A stretch of DNA of 64,000 nucleotides from a bacterium (GTDB lineage: Bacteria; Patescibacteriota; Minisyncoccia; Moranbacterales; UBA1568): the NCBI GenBank assembly GCA_021821305.1, contig JAKACP010000001.1, forward strand, positions 404,349 to 468,348, read 5' to 3'. A program made the position numbers and the translations under genes. Of the stretch, positions 16,992 to 26,865 are shown one piece after another. Each line of letters starts with the position of its first letter. The first letter of the stretch is position 1. Under the pieces are notes generated by a model that was not told the DNA's origin, searched no databases, and saw nothing but the letters and a program-made list of their open reading frames with translations.

Positions 16992-19391
16992 ATGCTGTTT
17001 TCGTACGAGTGGCTCAAGGAACTGTCAGGAACGAAGAAATCTCCCGAGGAACTCGCGGAGCTCCTCTTGTCGCGCGCGTTCGAAGTGGAAGAGGTGAAAA
17101 AGTATGAACATCCGTTCGACGGTGTCGTCGTAGGGGAGGTGCTCGCGGCGGAGCCGCATCCGGACGCCGAACGGCTCAAGGTGACCGAGGTGAAGGTATC
17201 CGGATCGGTCGTGCGTTCGTTTCTCAATATCGGCGACGGCAAGCCGCTTCGCATCGTCTGCGGCGCGCCCAATGTCGAGGCGGGACAGAGGGTCGCAGTC
17301 GCGCTTCCTGGCACGAAGCTTCCGAACGGGGTGGAAATCGGGGAGGCGGAGATCCGCGGCGTGAAGTCGTCGGGCATGATCTGCGCAAAAGACGAGCTCG
17401 GTCTCGGGACCGATCATGCCGGTATCTGGGTTCTCCCGGATGACGCCGAGGTCGGTGCTCCGCTTTCCGAGGCGATGAGGCTCGACGATACGCTTCTCGA
17501 CGTGAAGATTCTTCCGAATCGCGGGACGGACGCGCTCTCGCATTACGGGCTTGCCCGCGAAATCGCCGCGCTCGAAGGACGACCCTATCCGTCGGAAGGA
17601 ATGTTCTCAAGGCATACCCTGGAGCCGATGGGCGACGGAGGGCTCTCGGTCGATATCGAGGACGAATCGGCGTGCCGCGCGTACTCCGGTCTGTCGTTCG
17701 ACCTCGCGGACGGAGCGAGGAGTCTCCCGCTTCCTACGCTGGGGCGGATGCTCATGCTCGGCCATCATCCGATCCATCCGGCGGCGGATACCGCCAATCA
17801 TCTCTCCCTCCTCTACGGACAGCCGATGCACGCGTTCGACGCGGACAAACTTTCCGGAGAGAAGATTACTGTGCGTTTCGCGAAGCGAGGCGAGAAACTG
17901 CTGCTCCTTGATGACCGCGAGATCGCTCTCACGGAGGAAGACCTCGTCATCGCCGATGCCGACGGTCCGGTCGCGCTCGCCGGCATCATGGGCGGGAAGG
18001 ATTCCGCGGTATCGGCGGATACGAAAGAGGTATTTTTCGAGATCGCGAATTTCGACCCGGCCACGATCCGACGGTCGCGCGTACGGCACGGGCTTTCGAC
18101 GGAGGCGGCCTATCTTTTCGAGCACGGTGTCGACCCCTCGTGGCCGGAGAAACTTCGCGGCGAAGTCGTCGCGGCGTTCACGGACTCGCTCGGGGCACGA
18201 TGCCGATCCCTCGTCTCCGTATCCGCGACAGCTGCTTTGAAGGAGCGGGAGATCGTCTTTCCGTTTTCCCGCATCGAAGGACTGCTCGGCGTCGCCGTTC
18301 CGGAGGAGAAGGCGCTTGCCATCCTGCGGTCGCTCTCGATCGGAGCGGAAGTACGGGGAGACGAGCTTCACGCGGTCGTCCCGTCGTTCCGTCCGGATCT
18401 CGAACGGGAGGCCGATATCATCGAGGAAATCGGCCGCGTGTACGGGTACGAACATATCGCGCCCTCCGCGCCGCTGCTTCCCGTCGTCGCGCGCAAGACG
18501 GATACGGACAGCTCGCTTGCACGTGGACTGGAAGAATATCTCGCATGCGCGGGATTCGACGAGATCATGACCTACTCGTTCTATGGAAAGGATCTCCTCG
18601 AGGAGAGCGGCGTCCCGGAGGACGCGCATCTCCGGCTCGAGAATCCGATGAACCCCGACCAGACATATCTCCGCGCGAAACTTCTTCCGACCGTTCTCGA
18701 CAAAGCGGTCGAGAATATGCCCCGTACGGACGGGTTCCGGATGTTCGAATTCGGACGCGTCCATTTCCGCGAAGGAGGATCCGTCCGTGAGGAAAAGCGG
18801 ATCGCGTCGGCGCTGTCCATGAAGGAATCCGCTCCCGGCGAAGCCTTTCTCGCCCAGAAGGGCGAGATCGAACGCCTGCTCGCTTTCTTCCGTCTACATG
18901 AATCGGTTTCGTTCCGGCCGGCACCGGAGGTCTCGCCGCTCTTCCATCCCGGCCGGACCGCGCATATCATGGCGGGGGAGGAGCTGATCGGCGTGGTCGG
19001 AGAGGCGCACCCCTCGTTCGTCAGGAAGTCTGGCGCCCGCAAGATCGCGATCGCCGAGCTGTCATTTCCGGCGTTGGCCCGTCTGGTCGGATCGCCGATC
19101 GTCGCGAGGCCGATACCGAGATTCCCGTCCGTCTCGCGCGACATCTCGCTCGTCGTCCCGAAGGACGTACCGGTCGGCGAGCTCGCCCGTGTCATACGCG
19201 AATCCGGCGCGCCGCTGCTCCGGGGCGCCGAGTTCTTCGACGTGTACGAGAAGGGCGCGGAGAAGAATGCCGCCTTTCATCTTTCGTTCGGCGCCGATGA
19301 TCGGACCATCGGAAGCGAGGAGGCGGAGACGGCGTTTCAGGGGATCGTCTTGGCCGCGGAAAAGGCGTTCGGGGCCAAGCTTCTCGTTTGA
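16992..19391 (+). CDS. pheT: Phenylalanyl-tRNA synthetase beta subunit
   Basis: 799 aa. N-terminal tRNA-binding OB domain (VVVGEVLAAEPHPDAERLKVTEV), B3/B4 and B5 domains, and a C-terminal FDX-ACB domain. Follows pheS by 2 nt. Confidence 0.9.
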   Translation: MLFSYEWLKELSGTKKSPEELAELLLSRAFEVEEVKKYEHPFDGVVVGEVLAAEPHPDAERLKVTEVKVSGSVVRSFLNIGDGKPLRIVCGAPNVEAGQRVAVALPGTKLPNGVEIGEAEIRGVKSSGMICAKDELGLGTDHAGIWVLPDDAEVGAPLSEAMRLDDTLLDVKILPNRGTDALSHYGLAREIAALEGRPYPSEGMFSRHTLEPMGDGGLSVDIEDESACRAYSGLSFDLADGARSLPLPTLGRMLMLGHHPIHPAADTANHLSLLYGQPMHAFDADKLSGEKITVRFAKRGEKLLLLDDREIALTEEDLVIADADGPVALAGIMGGKDSAVSADTKEVFFEIANFDPATIRRSRVRHGLSTEAAYLFEHGVDPSWPEKLRGEVVAAFTDSLGARCRSLVSVSATAALKEREIVFPFSRIEGLLGVAVPEEKALAILRSLSIGAEVRGDELHAVVPSFRPDLEREADIIEEIGRVYGYEHIAPSAPLLPVVARKTDTDSSLARGLEEYLACAGFDEIMTYSFYGKDLLEESGVPEDAHLRLENPMNPDQTYLRAKLLPTVLDKAVENMPRTDGFRMFEFGRVHFREGGSVREEKRIASALSMKESAPGEAFLAQKGEIERLLAFFRLHESVSFRPAPEVSPLFHPGRTAHIMAGEELIGVVGEAHPSFVRKSGARKIAIAELSFPALARLVGSPIVARPIPRFPSVSRDISLVVPKDVPVGELARVIRESGAPLLRGAEFFDVYEKGAEKNAAFHLSFGADDRTIGSEEAETAFQGIVLAAEKAFGAKLLV

Positions 19392-19412
19392 CAGGCTTGT
19401 TTGAGCCGAGAA

Positions 19413-19441
19413 TTGACATGAAAATAAATATATGATATAAT
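19413..19441 (+). promoter_or_regulatory. Sigma70 consensus promoter for the RNase P RNA
   Basis: TTGACA (19413-18), 17-nt spacer, TATAAT (19436-41), located in an AT-rich stretch. Confidence 0.7.
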
Positions 19442-19485
19442 ATCCGTTCCGCGACGGGTGTTCGCGGAGTATTTTCCCTTGTTCT

Positions 19486-19922
19486 TTGCATTTTTCCGTT
19501 CCCGAAACAGATCGGGTCATCGCGTCCGCTGCAAAGCGGATGAGGAAAGTCCGGACTCCCGCCCGGCGCAAGCCGGTGCAGAAGGGTAATAGGTAACTCC
19601 TATACGCCGCGAGGCGCGAGGTGCGAACAGAAACGGCTTCTTCCGAAAGGAAGGAGACAGCCTGTACCCCTGACCCCGATGAAAATCGGGGAACACTCGT
19701 CAGACCTCAGGCTGTTCTTGGCTCATAAAGGGGTATGAGAAGTCCAAGGTGAAACGGCTAAATCCTTACCCGGGTGCAAGGTCGTGTCCACATCGTTTTT
19801 TCCTCGAGAAAAAGCGGTAGGGAAGAACCGCGCGAACCGGATGGCGACATCCGGTCCAGATAAATGATGACAGAGAAACAGAATCCGGCTTACGAGTCTG
19901 TTTCGGGAGCGGAAGGATGCAA
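19486..19922 (+). ncRNA. rnpB: RNase P RNA (bacterial type A-like)
   Basis: P4 5' strand GGAAAGUCCGG (19536-46) pairs with ACAGAAUCCGGCUUA (19879-92). GGUGAAACGG sits in the P10-P12 region (19749). P1 is a 26-bp helix, ttgcatttttccgttcccgaaacaga / tctgtttcgggagcggaaggatgcaa, including several G.U pairs. Confidence 0.8.
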
Positions 19923-19957
19923 TCGTATCGTGATAACGGATAGGTCGACGTATTCTT

Positions 19958-21385
19958 ATGAAGCGATCAGAAATCTATTTCAGCGCGGTACAGGTGCCGG
20001 TGGACTATGCCATGATCGTCCTCTCGGCGATTTCGGTGTTCCTGCTCCGCGATTTCCTGCCCGAGGTTTCGGACATATTGAGCCCCAAGCTCTATGATCT
20101 CTCCTTCGACCGTTTCGTGGAGCTCGCCTTCCTGGTCGCGCCGCTCTTCCTCGTCGTGTATGCGCTCGAGGGACTCTACGTGATCCGGGCGACCCGTCGG
20201 TTCTGGCAGGAGGCGTTCGACATATTCAAGGCCACTTCGCTCGGTATCGTCATCATCATCATCGCGGTCTTCCTTGAACGGGAGTGGTTCTCGTCCCGCT
20301 TCATCATCCTCGCCGGATGGCTCGTGGCGGTCGTCTATGTCATCGCCGGACGCTATGCCATACAGCGGATACAGAAACACTACCTCGTGAAGAAGGGCGT
20401 CGGGCGGCACCGCGTCCTCCTCGTCGGGGGAAACGGCCGCGTGCGGCGGTTCGCCAAGCTGTTCGCCAAGCGCCCCGAACTCGGATATCGCGTCGTCGAC
20501 ATCATCGAGAGCGCCAGCGCGAGCCTGCGCCGGATCAGCGAGATCCGCGAGATGAAAGGCATCGACGAGATCGTCGTGTGCGACCCGACGATTCCCGATG
20601 ACGAACAGGAAAAGATCCTCGACTACTGCCAGATACACAACATCTCTTTCAAATATTTCCCGACCATGCTCCAGACGTCGCGGTTCGCGCTCCGCATCTT
20701 CAACGGCGAGCCGCTCATCGAGTTCCAGAACACGCCGCTCGAGGGGTGGGGGAGGGTCGCCAAACGGATATTCGACATCCTTGCGAGCACGCTCCTCATC
20801 CTCTTGTTCTCGCCGTTCATGATCGCCATAGCGCTCCTCATCAAGATCGAGGACAAGGGAGGGCCGATCATCTACCGTAACGAGCGTATCGGCGAGGGCG
20901 GGAAGAAATTCTTCGCCTATAAGTTCCGCTACATGAAGTGGCGTTACTGCGTGACCCGTGCCAATCCGGATTTCGAGGAAGCGCTCGCGTTCGAGAAAGA
21001 GCTCATCGCGGAGCGGAGCGTCCGCAAAGGCCCGCTGTACAAGATCAAGGACGACCCCCGCAAGACCCGGATCGGAGCTTTCATCGAGAAATACTCGCTC
21101 GACGAGCTCCCGCAGTTCTTCAACGTGCTCTTCGGGAGCATGAGTCTCGTCGGGCCGCGCCCGCATCAGAAGCGCGAAGTCGAGAAATATCACGAGTACC
21201 ACCGCCGACTCCTCACGATCAAGCCCGGGATCACCGGCATGGCCCAGATATCCGGACGCTCCGATCTCCCGTTCGAGGACGAGTACCGTCTCGACGTGTA
21301 CTATATCGAGAACTGGTCGCTCTGGCTCGATATCCTCATCTGTTTCAAGACCGTGGGAGCGATACTCCGGAGACGGAAGAATTGA
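19958..21385 (+). CDS. Polyprenyl-phosphate glycosyl-1-phosphotransferase (bacterial sugar transferase, WbaP/CpsE-like initiating enzyme)
   Basis: N-terminal TM segments plus the C-terminal PF02397-like catalytic domain: [69 protein letters not shown]. Confidence 0.85.
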   Translation: MKRSEIYFSAVQVPVDYAMIVLSAISVFLLRDFLPEVSDILSPKLYDLSFDRFVELAFLVAPLFLVVYALEGLYVIRATRRFWQEAFDIFKATSLGIVIIIIAVFLEREWFSSRFIILAGWLVAVVYVIAGRYAIQRIQKHYLVKKGVGRHRVLLVGGNGRVRRFAKLFAKRPELGYRVVDIIESASASLRRISEIREMKGIDEIVVCDPTIPDDEQEKILDYCQIHNISFKYFPTMLQTSRFALRIFNGEPLIEFQNTPLEGWGRVAKRIFDILASTLLILLFSPFMIAIALLIKIEDKGGPIIYRNERIGEGGKKFFAYKFRYMKWRYCVTRANPDFEEALAFEKELIAERSVRKGPLYKIKDDPRKTRIGAFIEKYSLDELPQFFNVLFGSMSLVGPRPHQKREVEKYHEYHRRLLTIKPGITGMAQISGRSDLPFEDEYRLDVYYIENWSLWLDILICFKTVGAILRRRKN

Positions 21386-21486
21386 CGCGACGCACCATGA
21401 ATCGAGGGGCGACGCCGGATAACGGCGTCGCTTTTTCTTTTCCCTGATATGGCCTATAATGAGGGAAATATGTAATCACAAGAACT

Positions 21487-21843
21487 ATGGGTCTCCTGTT
21501 TCGTTGGTTTTCGGTCGCGATCGGATTCATGGCGGCGGCATACTTCGTTCCGGGTATAGTGCTCGAGGGAGGATTCCCGACCGCGATACTGCTCGCGGCG
21601 GTCTGGGGCATCATCGGGATGCTCGTGCGCCCGATACTCGTCATCCTGACCCTGCCGGTGACGATACTGACGTTCGGACTGTTCATCTTCGTCATCAATG
21701 CGGGCCTCTTCTGGTGGATTGGGGACATCCTCGAGAACTTCCATGTCGCCGGTTTCTGGGCGGCGCTTCTCGGTTCGATCGTCCTTTCCGTCGTCTCGTC
21801 GATCATCAACTGGATCCTCGCACGGTTCCGCGACGAGGAGTAG
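21487..21843 (+). CDS. Small 4-TM membrane protein of the phage holin family 4 / DUF360 type
   Basis: 118 aa with 4 TMs. Pattern FVPGIVLEGGF...VRPILVILTLPVTILTFGLFIFVINAGLFWWIGDIL...HVAGFW matches holin-4/DUF360 proteins. A -10 TATAAT lies upstream at 21448. Confidence 0.55.
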   Translation: MGLLFRWFSVAIGFMAAAYFVPGIVLEGGFPTAILLAAVWGIIGMLVRPILVILTLPVTILTFGLFIFVINAGLFWWIGDILENFHVAGFWAALLGSIVLSVVSSIINWILARFRDEE

Positions 21844-21844
21844 A

Positions 21845-22030
21845 AGCCGGTTCAAAATCTCATGTCGAGAGAAAACATTTGGATTTCGAGCGAAAACCAT
21901 GCATCGTGAGAAGGCCTATCGTGATAAGCCGCCGAGCGATAAATGATTTGCAGCCGAAATCCGGATGTTTTCTCCGGCAAGCAGATTGTTTCCACTTTTA
22001 ATTCATCGCGGTGATATTTTGAACCGGCTT
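21845..22030 (+). repeat. Nested inverted-repeat element filling the whole intergenic space between the holin-like gene and the GT4 gene
   Basis: Outer perfect 15-bp inverted repeat aagccggttcaaaat (21844-58) / attttgaaccggctt (22016-30). Inner 20-bp stem gagaaaacatttggatttcg (21869-88) / cgaaatccggatgttttctc (21955-74) pairs perfectly at the RNA level, including two U.G wobbles. The element ends 3 nt before the ATG at 22033. Confidence 0.7.
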
Positions 22031-22032
22031 TT

Positions 22033-23157
22033 ATGAAGATCGCGCTCGTCCATGATTATCTCGTCCAGTACGGAGGAGCGGAACGGGTACTCTCGGCGTT
22101 CACGGAGATTTTTCCGGAAGCGCCGATCTATACGTTGCTCCACGATTCGCGCGCGGTGCATGGCGCGTTCGATGACGCCCGGGTCTATACGTCGTTCCTG
22201 CAGGGCATCCCGTTCATCAGGCGCATGCATCGATGGTTTCCGCCGCTCATGCCGCCGGCCATCGAACAGTTCGATTTTTCGATGTACGACGTGGTCCTCT
22301 CGGACTCATCGAGCTATGCCAAGGGAATCCTGACCCCGCCGGAGACGCTCCATATCTCCTATGTCCATACGCCGATGCGGTACGCGTGGGACGACTGCCA
22401 GAAATACGCGCAGGACTTCGGCTTTCCACGCCTCGTGAAGAAGTTCGTCCCGTTCTTCATGAATCCGATCCGCATCTGGGACAAGGCGAGCGCGGACCGG
22501 GTCGACCGGTTCCTCGCCAACTCCGATTTCGTCGCGCGGCGGATCAGGAAATACTATCGCAAGGAAGCGGAGGTGATCCATCCTCCCGTGGATGTCGATC
22601 GGTTCTTCGTCGCCGACCGCCAAGGGGATTACTTCCTCATGGTCGGCCGGCTGATCGCGTATAAACGGTTCGATATCGCGATCAGGGCGTTCAACCGCCT
22701 CAAGCTGCCGCTCCGGATCATCGGCCGCGGGCCGGAGTACGACCGGCTTCGCAAGATGGCCGGCCCGACGATCGAGTTCCTCGGAAGGGTTCCGGACGAG
22801 GAATTGCCCAGACAGTACGCCGAGTGCCGGGCATTCGTGTTCCCGCAGGAGGAGGATTTCGGCATCGTGGCGATCGAAGCGATGGCTTCGGGACGGCCGG
22901 TGATCGCCTTCCGTGGCGGCGATATCGAGGAGCGGGTCGAAGAGGCTGTTTCCGGGGTCTTTTTCGACGAGCAGACGCCCGACGCCATAGTTGCGGCGGT
23001 ACAGCGGTTCGAGACTCTGGCTTTCGATCCTGGGAAAATCCGCGAAAAAGCCATCCCGTTTGACAAAGCCGTATTTAAGCGCAAAATAAGGGAGTATGTC
23101 GAAAACTCCCTGGCGGAACATCTTCGGAAAATCAAAAGCCCGGATGTCAGCCTTTGA
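22033..23157 (+). CDS. Glycosyltransferase family 4 (GT-B, RfaG-like)
   Basis: GT4 C-terminal motif GRLIAYKRFDIAIRAFN...FVFPQEEDFGIVAIEAMASGRPVIAFRGGDIEERV (EX7E-type). Confidence 0.85.
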   Translation: MKIALVHDYLVQYGGAERVLSAFTEIFPEAPIYTLLHDSRAVHGAFDDARVYTSFLQGIPFIRRMHRWFPPLMPPAIEQFDFSMYDVVLSDSSSYAKGILTPPETLHISYVHTPMRYAWDDCQKYAQDFGFPRLVKKFVPFFMNPIRIWDKASADRVDRFLANSDFVARRIRKYYRKEAEVIHPPVDVDRFFVADRQGDYFLMVGRLIAYKRFDIAIRAFNRLKLPLRIIGRGPEYDRLRKMAGPTIEFLGRVPDEELPRQYAECRAFVFPQEEDFGIVAIEAMASGRPVIAFRGGDIEERVEEAVSGVFFDEQTPDAIVAAVQRFETLAFDPGKIREKAIPFDKAVFKRKIREYVENSLAEHLRKIKSPDVSL

Positions 23158-23167
23158 AACGTGAATC

Positions 23168-23776
23168 TTGATGCATAATGTCATGGAACTCCGTGAATTC
23201 GTCGGTATTTTCATAAAGGACAGGAAGGTATTCTTCGGGATCATCCTCGGCTGTGTCGTCTTGGGAGTGCTCGGGTTCCGGTTCCAGCCGGAAGGGTACC
23301 GGGCGACGGTGTCGCTCAACGTGACGCGCGGAGGAGCCGTCGAGACCTCCGACTACCGGTATGACCAGTTCTATCGCCTTCAGGCGGACGAGCGGTTCGC
23401 GGATACGGTCGTGCGCTGGATCGCCGCGCCCGCCCTCAAGGGGGCTATCGATGCCGAGGCCGGCGTGCAAGGCGGTGTCATCCGGGATCTCGAGGCTGTC
23501 CGGCTCTCCTCGCAAATGATAGAAGTGACGTATACGGCATCGTCTCCGGTCGCCTTCGGGAAATACGCCGAGGCGATCGCCGAAGTGATCAACCGCGAAT
23601 CGGCGTCGCTCAACGAATCCGCGAAGGCGCAGGACTGGTTCATCGTCGTCTCCGGCGACCCGGCGGTCGGAGACGCCCGGATCGGGTTTTGGCCGATGGC
23701 GTCGGGGAGTCTTTTCGCGGGAGTGTTCCTGGCATTCTGGACGGTGCTCGCACGGCGGTATTGGAAGAAAGGGTAA
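23168..23776 (+). CDS. Wzz-like polysaccharide chain-length determinant / co-polymerase family membrane protein (putative)
   Basis: Bitopic-pair topology: N-terminal TM (FFGIILGCVVLGVLGF), a periplasmic domain of about 150 aa, and a C-terminal TM (LFAGVFLAFWTVLARRYWKKG). Sits between two GT4 genes. Confidence 0.5.
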   Translation: MMHNVMELREFVGIFIKDRKVFFGIILGCVVLGVLGFRFQPEGYRATVSLNVTRGGAVETSDYRYDQFYRLQADERFADTVVRWIAAPALKGAIDAEAGVQGGVIRDLEAVRLSSQMIEVTYTASSPVAFGKYAEAIAEVINRESASLNESAKAQDWFIVVSGDPAVGDARIGFWPMASGSLFAGVFLAFWTVLARRYWKKG

Positions 23777-23808
23777 TAATATTTTTTCTACGGCTCCTGG
23801 GAGGGAAG

Positions 23809-24981
23809 ATGGGCGGAATTCGTATGAGGATAGGGATAGATGTGAGGTGTCTGGCGGAGGGACGGCGGAGCGGAGTCGAGGAATACGCGATAGCGCTCCT
23901 GTCGGAGCTGTTCCGGATCGATCGGCAGAACGAGTACGTCCTGTTTTTCAATGCCTGGGGCGGGGAAGCTCCCGACTTTTCCTGGGCGGAAGGGTACGAG
24001 AACGTCTCGGTGCGGCGGTTCCGTATCCCGAACAAATTGCTCAACCTCTCGCTGTGGTATCTCAACCGGCCCCGGCTCGACCGCCTGATCGGCGGGGCGG
24101 ATGTCTTTTTCCTCCCCAACATCAATTTCTGCGCCGTGTCCGATGATACGAAACTCATCGTCACCGCGCACGACCTTTCGTTCGAGGCGTATCCGGAAAC
24201 CTTTTCCTGGAAACAGCGGGTATGGCATTTTTTCGTGAATCCGAAAAAGCTGTTCCGTCGCGCCGACCGGATACTCGCCGTGTCGCGATCGACCAAGGAA
24301 GATCTCGTCGCCCGCTACGGTATCAAGGCGTCTCGGATCGAGGTCGTGCCGAGCGGTATCGACCCGCACTTCCGGGAGTACGACCGCAACGATCCGAAGC
24401 TCCTTGAGATGAAGGCGAAATATCATCTGCCCTACAGCTTCATCCTCTATCTCGGCGCGTTCGAGCCGCGCAAGAACATCGTCTCGATCATTCGTGCGTT
24501 CGGCGCGCTCAAGAAGGCCCGTCACCCGGAACTCGAAAAACTCTCGCTCGTTCTCGCCGGTGTTTCGGGGTGGAAAGAGTCATCGATACTCGAGGAGATA
24601 CGGCGTTCCCCGTGGAGCGGACACATACTCCTGCCCGGTTTCATCGACGCCGAAGACAAGGCGGCGGTCTACAACCTCGCCAGCTGTTTCGCCTACCCGT
24701 CGCTCTACGAAGGGTTCGGCTTCCCGCCGCTCGAAGCGCTCGCCTGCGGCGTACCGGTGGTCACTTCGCACTCGACCTCGCTTCCGGAGATCGTCGGGGA
24801 TGCGGCGGTGCTCGTCGACCCGCACCGACCCGAAGAACTCTTCCGGGCGTTCGAGCAGGTGCTCCTCGACAAGGGGCTCCGCGCGACGCTTCACGAGAAG
24901 GGGTTGGTCCGCGCCAAGCGGTTCCTCTGGGGCGAGACCGCTCGTCGCGTTCTCGCGGAATTCGGGAAAACCGGTTCTTGA
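23809..24981 (+). CDS. Glycosyltransferase family 4
   Basis: RBS gggagggaag precedes the ATG at 23809. GT4 motifs [11 protein letters not shown]...[37 protein letters not shown]. The ORF-track start at 23689 overlaps the previous gene. Confidence 0.85.
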   Translation: MGGIRMRIGIDVRCLAEGRRSGVEEYAIALLSELFRIDRQNEYVLFFNAWGGEAPDFSWAEGYENVSVRRFRIPNKLLNLSLWYLNRPRLDRLIGGADVFFLPNINFCAVSDDTKLIVTAHDLSFEAYPETFSWKQRVWHFFVNPKKLFRRADRILAVSRSTKEDLVARYGIKASRIEVVPSGIDPHFREYDRNDPKLLEMKAKYHLPYSFILYLGAFEPRKNIVSIIRAFGALKKARHPELEKLSLVLAGVSGWKESSILEEIRRSPWSGHILLPGFIDAEDKAAVYNLASCFAYPSLYEGFGFPPLEALACGVPVVTSHSTSLPEIVGDAAVLVDPHRPEELFRAFEQVLLDKGLRATLHEKGLVRAKRFLWGETARRVLAEFGKTGS

Positions 24982-25078
24982 CAGGTTCTTCTTTCCTATT
25001 TTTTTTTCTGCTATACTGGAATCGCTTGGCCGTCAGGTCGGACGGACACATGAACATAAAATGGGTAAAGAAGAATCT

Positions 25079-25312
25079 ATGACGTTTCAGAGGAATGTCG
25101 GGGGAGCGGATCGTATCATCCGCATCGTGCTCGGTTTGGTCATCATGGCTGTCGGTGCGTACTTCGGGTCGCCGTGGGGACTGCTCGGTATCGTCGTCCT
25201 CGCGACGGGTATTTTCCGATATTGCCTGCTTTACTCCGTCTGCGGCGCCTCCACCTGCAAAGTGAAGCCGGTGTCCGGCGAGACAAGCGGCGATACGTCG
25301 GTACGGCAATAG
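25079..25312 (+). CDS. DUF2892 (YgaP-like) small membrane protein
   Basis: MTFQRNVGGADRIIRIVLGLVIMAVGAYFGSPWGLLGIVVLATGIFRYCLLYSVCG is the DUF2892 two-TM hairpin signature. Upstream is an extended -10 tgcTATACT at 25009-17. An alternative ATG is at 25061. Confidence 0.6.
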   Translation: MTFQRNVGGADRIIRIVLGLVIMAVGAYFGSPWGLLGIVVLATGIFRYCLLYSVCGASTCKVKPVSGETSGDTSVRQ

Positions 25313-25352
25313 CTCTATCATAAAAAAATAAACATAAGTAAAGAAAAATCAT

Positions 25353-26705
25353 ATGGCACAGGATTCGAAGAAACACCTTTCGCCGTTGTCCGCGATGTTG
25401 GTCGCGATGCTCTCGCTCGGTCTCTTCACCGGCGGGACGGCGCTCATGGTAAAGACAGGCGTGGTATCGGCCGCTCCGTTCGCGTTCGTCCTGGGAGACG
25501 AAGATGAAGATGAAGACGAAGACAAGGATGATGATAAGGACAGCAAGGACGAGGACGACGAGAAGGATGACGACGGCAAGGACGAAGATGATGATAAGGA
25601 CAGCAAGGACGAGGACGACGAGAAGGATGACGACGGAAAGGACGAGGACGACGACCGTGATGATGAATCGGAGAAGCTCTCCGGACGGGGCGGGGATTCC
25701 GAGTCCGATGAGGATGGCAAGGACGAGGATGAAGAAGACGGAATGGAGGATGAAGACGAAAACGAAGATGGTGATGATGGTCTCAAGGACCTCATGGAAA
25801 AGGTAGCGGAATCGGAGAAGGAGATCTTCGAGAAACAGCGAGAGGGCGTGGATGCCACGGCCGCGCTCGCACGGATCGCATCGGCGAAGGGAGTCCTCGA
25901 GGCCTACAAGGCCGCGGTCGCCGCGGGAAATTTCGGGGAAGCCGACCGGTTGGCGAGAGAGATCAAGAAGCTCTCTCATTTCGCGGTGGAAGAGGATCTG
26001 CATGACGCGAAGAAATCGTCGGAGCGACTGAAGCAGGCGCAGGAAAAGATAGCCAAGGCCAAGGCCAAGATAGCCCTCCTTGCCGCCGCGGGCGGATCGA
26101 CAGGAGGCCTCGTGGAACTGCTCGCCGGAGCGGAGGCCAAAGTCGCCGCAGGGAACGCTCTTCTGCCCTCGGGGGACTTCATGAACGCGGAGAGCCTGTT
26201 CAAGGAAGCGAAGAGCATCGCGAACCGCGTGAAGGATATGGCTGAAAACGCACTCTATGCGATCGGCGGGAGCGACGATGATTTCGATGACGATCACGAG
26301 GAGTTCTCGGAAGAAGTGTCGGATGAACTCGACGATATCGCCGAGATCGAGGAAGACGACGACCGGGTGAACGCGATCAAGGCGATCGTGTCGAAGCAGA
26401 AAGCGTCCGGACTCGCGGTCGCGGCGTCCGTCCAGCTCGCGCAGGAGCGGAGCGCGCTTGCGAAGTTCTTCCTCGGATCGGATGACCTGTCGCTCGGATC
26501 GATCCAAGCGAAGATCGCCGAGAACGCCGCGAACGCGGCTGCGCTCCGGGCCCTCGCGCAGTCTTCCGGTGATGCCGATATCCAGGAACTGCTCACCGAG
26601 CAGGCGGAGCGGATCGAATCCGAGAACGTCAAACTCCAGGCATTCGTCGGTGCACAAGCCGATTCCAACGGCCTCTTCGGGTGGCTGGTCGATCTCTTCG
26701 TGTAG
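25353..26705 (+). CDS. Membrane-anchored/secreted highly acidic repeat protein (D/E-rich N-terminal region, Ala-rich coiled-coil C-terminal region)
   Basis: N-terminal hydrophobic segment LSAMLVAMLSLGLFTGGTALMV is followed by about 120 aa of almost pure D/E/K with a DNA-level 2 x 60-bp tandem repeat. Then come Ala/Lys-rich helices and a second acidic stretch (DDDFDDDHEEFSEEVSDELDDIAEIEEDDD). No family recognised. Confidence 0.7.
   Translation: MAQDSKKHLSPLSAMLVAMLSLGLFTGGTALMVKTGVVSAAPFAFVLGDEDEDEDEDKDDDKDSKDEDDEKDDDGKDEDDDKDSKDEDDEKDDDGKDEDDDRDDESEKLSGRGGDSESDEDGKDEDEEDGMEDEDENEDGDDGLKDLMEKVAESEKEIFEKQREGVDATAALARIASAKGVLEAYKAAVAAGNFGEADRLAREIKKLSHFAVEEDLHDAKKSSERLKQAQEKIAKAKAKIALLAAAGGSTGGLVELLAGAEAKVAAGNALLPSGDFMNAESLFKEAKSIANRVKDMAENALYAIGGSDDDFDDDHEEFSEEVSDELDDIAEIEEDDDRVNAIKAIVSKQKASGLAVAASVQLAQERSALAKFFLGSDDLSLGSIQAKIAENAANAAALRALAQSSGDADIQELLTEQAERIESENVKLQAFVGAQADSNGLFGWLVDLFV
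25531..25650 (+). repeat. Tandem direct repeat, 2 x 60 bp, inside the acidic-protein gene
   Basis: 25531-25590 and 25591-25650 are identical except about 4 nt. Both encode DDKDSKDEDDEKDDDGKDED. Confidence 0.9.
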
Positions 26706-26722
26706 GAGGAATGATACGGCTT

Positions 26723-26762
26723 CGAGGATCCTCTCCGACAAGAGAGGATCCTCGTCTTTTTT
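26723..26762 (+). terminator. Rho-independent terminator
   Basis: 13-bp stem cgaggatcctctc-cgacaa-gagaggatcctcg followed by tcttttttg. Confidence 0.8.
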
Positions 26763-26803
26763 GAGAATCGCCCCTGACCCGTAAGTGTCGTAGGCACGGA
26801 TAC

Positions 26804-26832
26804 TTGCATTCGATCAATTTTCGTGTTATAAT
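26804..26832 (+). promoter_or_regulatory. Sigma70 promoter of speH
   Basis: TTGCAT (26804-09), 17-nt spacer, TATAAT (26827-32). The predicted transcription start is about 26839, right at the GTG. Confidence 0.6.
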
Positions 26833-26865
26833 GTTATCGTGAGCCTTTACCAGAGCGATTTTTTT

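Noticed and set aside
19622-19640. ACAGAAACGGCUU at 19622 initially taken as the RNase P P4 3' strand, which made the motif order look wrong
   Set aside because: It lies only 70 nt after the P4 5' strand. The true P4/P2 3' strand ACAGAAUCCGGCUUA is at 19879-19892, after the GGUGAAACGG region. This restores the canonical order and allows a 26-bp P1.
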